A stretch of 29,661 nucleotides of DNA. Source: Planctomycetota bacterium. Its GTDB lineage: Bacteria; Planctomycetota; Planctomycetia; Pirellulales; PLA5. Every line of letters starts with the position of its first letter. The first letter of the stretch is position 1. The notes under the pieces are model-generated. The model saw only the letters and a program-made list of their open reading frames with translations. It did not search any database and was not told where the DNA came from. A program made the translations under genes and the position numbers. This document shows, piece by piece, positions 25,448 through 29,661 of this stretch. Location of the stretch: assembly GCA_003576845.1 (NCBI GenBank), contig QEVJ01000070.1:1-29661 (forward strand). The letters run 5' to 3'.

Positions 25448-26509
25448 CTATTCCTCATAAATCGCCACGTGCCGCTTTCCGTCCTTGGTGACGTAGCCGC
25501 GGTAGAGGCCGTTCGTGTTGAACGGAGCGGCGTGGTTGCCTTTGGCGTCGAGGGCGATGACGCCGGCTTCGCCGCCGGCGGATTTGATTTTCTTGTGCAC
25601 GACTTCGCGGGCCGCATCGGCGACGGCGAGGCCCTTGTATTCGACCAAGGCCGCGATGTCGTAGGCCGCCACCGAGCGAATGAAGAACTCGCCTTGGCCC
25701 GTGCCGCTGACGGCGCAGGACTTGTTGTCGGCGAACGTTCCCGCGCCGACGATCGGTGTGTCGCCCAAGCGGCCGTGACGCTTCAGGGTGAGTCCGCCGG
25801 TGGACGTGGCGGCGGCCAGATTGCCGCCGCGATCGAGAGCCACCGCCCCGACCGTGCCGCACCGGGCTTCGGCATCGCGAAGGTGGAGCGCGAGATTCTC
25901 CGCGTCGCGGTTGCCGAGTCCGCTCGACTGCTGCTCGTCGCGCTTCTTCTTTTCCTCTTCGAGCGCTTCCTGCAAGCTCTTCCAGCGGCGTTCGGTCCAG
26001 AAGTATTTGGGATCGACGATTTCGCAGCCCGCGTCTTCGGCAAAAGCTTCCGCGCCGTCGCCGACCATCAGCACGTGACCGGATTTCTCCATCACGGCGC
26101 GGGCGGCCGAGATCGGATTCTTGATCGTGGTGACGAAACCGACGGCTCCGGCGGCGCGAGTGCGGCCGTCCATGATCGAAGCGTCCATTTCGTTCGTGCC
26201 TTCGCGGGTGAACGCCGCGCCTTTGCCGGCGTTGAACAGCGGCGAGTCTTCCAGCACGCGAACGGCCGCTTCGACGGCGTCGAGGCTCGTTCCGTCTGGC
26301 TTGTTGAGCACGGCCTCGCCCGCGGCGAGTGCCGCGTCGAGCGTCGCGCGGATTTCCTTCTCGCGCTCGGCGGAAAGCTTGTCGCGGTCGATCACGCCCG
26401 CCCCGCCGTGAACGGCCAGAACCACGTTGCTCACGGAATCCGCAGCCGTTGCCCGTGATGCGCCCGTTGTCGCCATTGCCAACACTGCCATAAACGCGGT
26501 CCACCTCAT
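25448..26509 (-). CDS. Periplasmic isoaspartyl peptidase / plant-type L-asparaginase (Ntn-hydrolase).
   Basis: The autoproteolytic/nucleophile context is RCGTVGAVALDRGGNLAAATSTGG. VLAVHGGAG and IVGAGTFADN are also present. Signal peptide MRWTAFMAVLAMATTGASRATA precedes the mature protein. Start is chosen at ATG 26507-26509 (GGGAG upstream). The track start at 26575 adds 22 residues. Confidence 0.85.
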   Translation of the reverse strand: MRWTAFMAVLAMATTGASRATAADSVSNVVLAVHGGAGVIDRDKLSAEREKEIRATLDAALAAGEAVLNKPDGTSLDAVEAAVRVLEDSPLFNAGKGAAFTREGTNEMDASIMDGRTRAAGAVGFVTTIKNPISAARAVMEKSGHVLMVGDGAEAFAEDAGCEIVDPKYFWTERRWKSLQEALEEEKKKRDEQQSSGLGNRDAENLALHLRDAEARCGTVGAVALDRGGNLAAATSTGGLTLKRHGRLGDTPIVGAGTFADNKSCAVSGTGQGEFFIRSVAAYDIAALVEYKGLAVADAAREVVHKKIKSAGGEAGVIALDAKGNHAAPFNTNGLYRGYVTKDGKRHVAIYEE

Positions 26510-26978
26510 GATGCTAGTCTCCCGTTGGGCTTGCGAATCGAGAAGCGTTTCGCCCTCGGAGTCGATTGCCGCCAAAGCGTCCGTGCGACGCGCGGGCCAT
26601 TGTCGCGGGCGGCGGGGATTGCAGTCAAGGGAGCGTAGGACGCAAACGGTTCCGAGAAAAGGACACCGTCGGATTGCTGCATGCTACCGCAACGCGCGAA
26701 GTCGAGAGGCGACAAATAGCAACAACACTAGCGCGCATGCGCCGCTGGAAAGATCGGCGACATATCGCGAACGCTGCGTCCAGCCAAGGATTCGTGCAAT
26801 GGCCGGAAGCCAGGCCCCGACCAACAGCAAAACGTATGGCCAGTACCGAAGCAGGCTTCCCGGCTTGGTGCTGCGGTGGTTCACGCGCGAATTGTAGTCA
26901 GGGGCGGAGTTTCGAGTATTATGACGACTCGTAGTCTAATGTTATTGCTCGAATTCGTCGACTAGCGCCATCCTCGCC

Positions 26979-28232
26979 ATGCCCCTCAAAACCGCCAAGC
27001 CACGCCGTGCGCCCGCGCCGATATCTGCCAGTTCCTTGCCGCACGTCGAGCCGGACCTCGACCGCGCGATTGCGCTCGTGATGGAGATGATGGCGATACC
27101 GGGCAAGAGCGGCGAAGAGGCGGCGATTGCGGAGTTTGTCGTCGCTCGGCTGCGCGAAGCGGGATTGCCGGAGGACGCGATTCGGTTCGACGCGGCGCAC
27201 AAGCGATCGCCGCTCCGTGGCGGGACGGGGAACCTGATCGTCAAGCTGCCCGGAACGATCGCGGGACCACGGCGGTTGCTCTCCGCCCATCTCGACACGG
27301 TGCCGATTTGCGTTGGGTGCCGCCCGGTGCGGAAGGGCGACCTGGTTTCGTCGGCCGATCCCAGCACCGGCTTGGGAGGCGACAACCGCGCGGGCGCGGC
27401 CGTGCTCCTCGTCGCGGCGATCGAGATTCTCTCGCGGTCGCTGCCGCATCCGCCGCTCGCGTTCGTTTGGTTCGTGCAGGAAGAAGTCGGGCTGCAAGGC
27501 TCGCACTATCTGCAAACCGGGCTCTTGGGCAAGCCGAAACTCGCGTTCAACTTCGACGGCGGCTCGCCGGAAAAGCTTACGCTCGGCGCGACCGGCGGGT
27601 ATCGCATGGATATCGAAATCCGCGGCCTGGCGAGCCACGCCGGCGGCGCCCCGGAGCAAGGCATCAGCGCGATCGCGATTGCGTCGCTGGCGATTGCCGA
27701 GCTGCACCGCGAAGGCTGGCACGGACTGGTGCAAAAGACCGACACCCGCGGCCGCGCGCTGCAAGGGACGAGCAACGTCGGCGTGATTCGCGGCGGCGAC
27801 GCGACGAACGTCGTGACCGACCGCGTGCTCGTGCGGGCGGAAGCGCGAAGCCACGATCCCAAGTTTCGCGGCCAGATCATCAAGCGAATCGAAACGGCGT
27901 TTCGTGACGCGGCCAAGACGGTAAAGAACGTCGGCGGCAAGTGCGGCAGCGTCGAAATCAAGGGCCGACTCGATTACGAATCGTTTCGGCTCTCGGCCAA
28001 GGAATCTTGCGTCGTCGCGGCCGAGCAGGCCGTTCGCGAGACCGGCGGCGAACCGATCCACGCCATCTCGAACGGCGGACTCGACGCCAACTGGCTCACG
28101 AGCCACGGCATCCCCACGGTCACGCTCGGCTGCGGACAAAAGAACATCCACACGACTGCCGAGCAGCTCGACTTGAAGGAGTTCCTGCGAGCGTGCCGGA
28201 TCGGATTGCGACTCGCAACAGCGACCGAGTGA
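26979..28232 (+). CDS. M20-family metallopeptidase (PepT/ArgE/DapE-like).
   Basis: SAHLDTV, GGDNRAG, FVQEEVGLQGS (catalytic Glu-Glu) and HAGGAPEQG motifs are present. Length is 417 aa. No signal peptide is seen. Confidence 0.85.
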   Translation: MPLKTAKPRRAPAPISASSLPHVEPDLDRAIALVMEMMAIPGKSGEEAAIAEFVVARLREAGLPEDAIRFDAAHKRSPLRGGTGNLIVKLPGTIAGPRRLLSAHLDTVPICVGCRPVRKGDLVSSADPSTGLGGDNRAGAAVLLVAAIEILSRSLPHPPLAFVWFVQEEVGLQGSHYLQTGLLGKPKLAFNFDGGSPEKLTLGATGGYRMDIEIRGLASHAGGAPEQGISAIAIASLAIAELHREGWHGLVQKTDTRGRALQGTSNVGVIRGGDATNVVTDRVLVRAEARSHDPKFRGQIIKRIETAFRDAAKTVKNVGGKCGSVEIKGRLDYESFRLSAKESCVVAAEQAVRETGGEPIHAISNGGLDANWLTSHGIPTVTLGCGQKNIHTTAEQLDLKEFLRACRIGLRLATATE

Positions 28233-28251
28233 TATAGCCCCAAGCCATTTA

Positions 28252-28275
28252 GCCCCGGGTGAAAACACCCGGGGC
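28252..28275. terminator. Strong GC hairpin between the convergent M20-peptidase and sugE genes (putative bidirectional terminator).
   Basis: GCCCCGGGTG-aaaa-CACCCGGGGC forms a perfect 10-bp stem with a 4-nt loop. No clear U-tract follows on either side. Confidence 0.4.
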
Positions 28276-28336
28276 AATGCCCGCGCCATTCTCGCACTCG
28301 CGATTCTCGAAGGACGTTCTCGCCCGCTGCACGCCC

Positions 28337-28654
28337 TCAATGCGAAAGCTTCAGCGTCGCCACGCCCGCGACGATTAGCCCCACGCCGAGGAATCGGCCC
28401 AAAGTCGCCGCATCGCCGAACAACCACACGCCAAGGAGAAACGTTCCCGCCGCGCCGATGCCGGTCCAAACGGCATAAGCCGTGCCCATGGGAATCTCGC
28501 GCTGTGCCAGCCAGAGGAACACGCCGCTGGCCGCCATCGAAGCAATGGCGGCCGCGATGCCGACGAGGCGATGGTCGGGACTCTGGCCATACTTGAGGCC
28601 CAGCGGCCAGCCAATTTCGAACATCCCAGCCAACAACAGGTAGAACCAACTCAT
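28337..28654 (-). CDS. sugE: SMR-family small multidrug/guanidinium exporter (SugE/Gdx).
   Basis: MSWFYLLLAGMFEIGWPLGLKYG...GTAYAVWTGIGAAGT...LKLSH aligns along its full length with E. coli SugE. It is 105 aa with 4 TM helices. Confidence 0.9.
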   Translation of the reverse strand: MSWFYLLLAGMFEIGWPLGLKYGQSPDHRLVGIAAAIASMAASGVFLWLAQREIPMGTAYAVWTGIGAAGTFLLGVWLFGDAATLGRFLGVGLIVAGVATLKLSH

Positions 28655-28700
28655 CGCGTGCTCTTGTAGTTCGGGTTGGGCGGCGGAGGCCAGCGTCCGG

Positions 28701-28730
28701 TTGACGCTCCGCGTCGGGGCGACGTAAAAT
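28701..28730 (+). promoter_or_regulatory. Sigma70-like promoter for the Rrf2 regulator gene.
   Basis: TTGACG (28701-28706), 18 nt, TAAAAT (28725-28730). The -10 element overlaps the palindromic operator. Confidence 0.4.
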
Positions 28731-28750
28731 GGATTGTTGAATCCAATTTT
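28726..28750. promoter_or_regulatory. AT-rich palindromic operator, probably an Rrf2 binding site, in the sugE/rrf2 divergent region.
   Basis: AAAATGGATT-gttg-AATCCAATTTT has perfect TGGATT/AATCCA arms and AT-rich flanks, inside otherwise GC-rich DNA. Confidence 0.45.
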
Positions 28751-28810
28751 CTACGAGGATCGTCCGCCCGCAAGCGGATGAAACACGCTTGTCGTGCGGG
28801 GAGCGTAATT

Positions 28811-29266
28811 GTGCTATCTCAGACCGTCGAATATGCCCTTCGCGCGGTGGTTTTTTTGGCCGCGGAAAGCCCCAATGCCCGCACCACCGACGAAATCGCC
28901 GCCAAGACGCTCGTGCCCAAAGCATATCTGTCGAAAGTCTTGCAGGGTTTGGTCCGCGGCGGGATCGTTCGCTCGCGGCGCGGTGTCGGCGGCGGCGTGA
29001 CGCTCGCTGATCCGCCGTCGAAAGTGACGATTCTCGACGTCGTCAACGCGGTCGAACCGATCGCGCGGATTCGCTCCTGCCCACTGGGAATCGTGGCGCA
29101 CGGCGCCCGTCTCTGTCCATTACACAAGCGGCTCGACGCGGCGCTCGCGAGCGTAGAAGAGGCGTTTGCCCGCACGACGCTCGCCGAAGTGCTGGCGGAC
29201 CCGTCGAAGAGCGTCCCGCTCTGCGAAATCCCGCCGAAAGCGAAGGTCAAGGCGGCGCGGCGATAG
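28811..29266 (+). CDS. Rrf2-family transcriptional regulator (IscR/NsrR-like, Cys-containing).
   Basis: Start is chosen at GTG 28811, with GGGGAG 7 nt upstream, giving VLSQTVEYALRAVVFLA. The HTH reads TDEIAAKTLVPKAYLSKVLQGLVRGGIVRSRRGVGGGVTLA. The putative cluster ligands CPLGIVAHGARLCPLH plus a later Cys are present. The track start at 28676 adds an unsupported N-extension. Confidence 0.85.
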   Translation: MLSQTVEYALRAVVFLAAESPNARTTDEIAAKTLVPKAYLSKVLQGLVRGGIVRSRRGVGGGVTLADPPSKVTILDVVNAVEPIARIRSCPLGIVAHGARLCPLHKRLDAALASVEEAFARTTLAEVLADPSKSVPLCEIPPKAKVKAARR

Positions 29267-29352
29267 GCGAATGCCAATCGATTCGGTATACTCGCCTATA
29301 AGCCCGGATGAGGGCGAGTCGCTTTATTTTCCTGGGCGGAACGCCGAAGCGT

Positions 29353-29381
29353 TTGGCGGCCTTCCGAGAACGGCCTACAAT
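29353..29381 (+). promoter_or_regulatory. Candidate sigma70-like promoter for tRNA-Gly.
   Basis: TTGGCG (29353-29358), 17 nt, TACAAT (29376-29381). This would put the transcription start about 30 nt before the tRNA 5' end. Confidence 0.25.
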
Positions 29382-29418
29382 CTATCGGCGCTAGGCGACA
29401 TTTTTTGCAAAAGTACCC

Positions 29419-29491
29419 GCGGGCGTAACTCAGTTGGTAGAGTGCTAGCTTCCCAAGCTGGATGTCGCCGGTTCGAGTCCGGTCGCCCGCT
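29419..29491 (+). tRNA. tRNA-Gly (anticodon CCC).
   Basis: Manual cloverleaf: acceptor GCGGGCG/CGCCCGC, D-arm ACTC-AGTTGGTA-GAGT, anticodon arm CTAGC-TTCCCAA-GCTGG (anticodon CCC), variable loop ATGTC, T-arm GCCGG-TTCGAGT-CCGGT, discriminator U. No CCA is encoded. Confidence 0.9.
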
Positions 29492-29498
29492 CTTTACG

Positions 29499-29529
29499 CG
29501 GCCCGTTGACATGCTTTGTCAACGGGCCG
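29499..29529 (+). terminator. Perfect 13-bp hairpin immediately 3' of tRNA-Gly (likely transcript terminator or processing structure).
   Basis: cggcccgttgaca-tgctt-tgtcaacgggccg. A second stem CCCCCAAA...TTTGGGGG follows at about 29577-29606. Confidence 0.4.
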
Positions 29530-29661
29530 TATCTGTTGGCGGGCGTTGCGCTTACATTGACGGTCATTGTTTACCGCCCCCAAACTGATCTTGGGCGTTT
29601 TGGGGGGCGTCGGGTAGGTTGGTCCGCGTTATGGATGCGGACTTGGAATTGCTGAAGGCCG

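Noticed and set aside
26684-26884. 66-aa ORF (two predicted TM segments) in the asparaginase/M20 divergent region.
   Set aside because: It has a GTG start with no SD and no recognisable family. It could be real but is unsupported.
28655-28810. Possible guanidine riboswitch in the sugE leader.
   Set aside because: No ykkC, mini-ykkC (paired ACGR-loop hairpins) or guanidine-III pseudoknot consensus could be aligned by eye. Only a partial CCGGACG match is present. An Infernal search would be decisive.
25455-28925. Minus-strand ORFs 25455-26504 (alternate frame of the asparaginase gene) and 26919-28925 (antisense to the M20 peptidase).
   Set aside because: They are arginine-rich nonsense, and the real genes are defined by Ntn-hydrolase and M20 motifs.

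Overview
GC-rich bacterial chromosomal window (roughly 65-70% GC by eye, no tool used). By inference it most likely comes from a Planctomycetota genome, because it carries a giant protein whose N-terminus reads RRLSLETLEDRRVLD, a WD40 protein with an SHD1-like tail, a PEP-CTERM protein, and FG-GAP, lamin-tail and dockerin modules. I call about 20 protein genes plus one tRNA-Gly(CCC) at the right edge. The central feature is a 2323-aa secreted-type giant protein on the minus strand, built of four lamin-tail domains, a CotH kinase-like core, three copies of a beta-sandwich-like module and a dockerin. It is divergently paired with a PEP-CTERM (exosortase-sorted) protein. The two proteins share a roughly 150-aa module with a conserved YGNSNSW motif, once in the giant and twice in tandem in the PEP-CTERM protein. 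The short divergent intergenic region between them is an AT-rich island with face-to-face sigma70-like promoters and GTATAC-core palindromes. I rank this pair as a candidate undescribed cell-surface anchor/giant-protein system. Other notable items: (a) a serpin with a roughly 270-aa secretin-N-like extension and a Gly-rich reactive loop, next to a periplasmic isoaspartyl peptidase; (b) an orphan GroES-like gene followed by a DUF104/PIN toxin-antitoxin pair; (c) a divergent sugE/Rrf2-regulator pair with an AT-rich palindromic operator and no guanidine riboswitch; (d) a tandem 14-bp repeat array upstream of ltaE; (e) an SPFH/YbjN fusion protein. Many long six-frame ORFs are antisense artefacts of GC-rich DNA. 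The ORF track translates GTG and TTG starts as M, so I re-evaluated start sites using SD motifs and signal peptides. All CDS coordinates include the stop codon.
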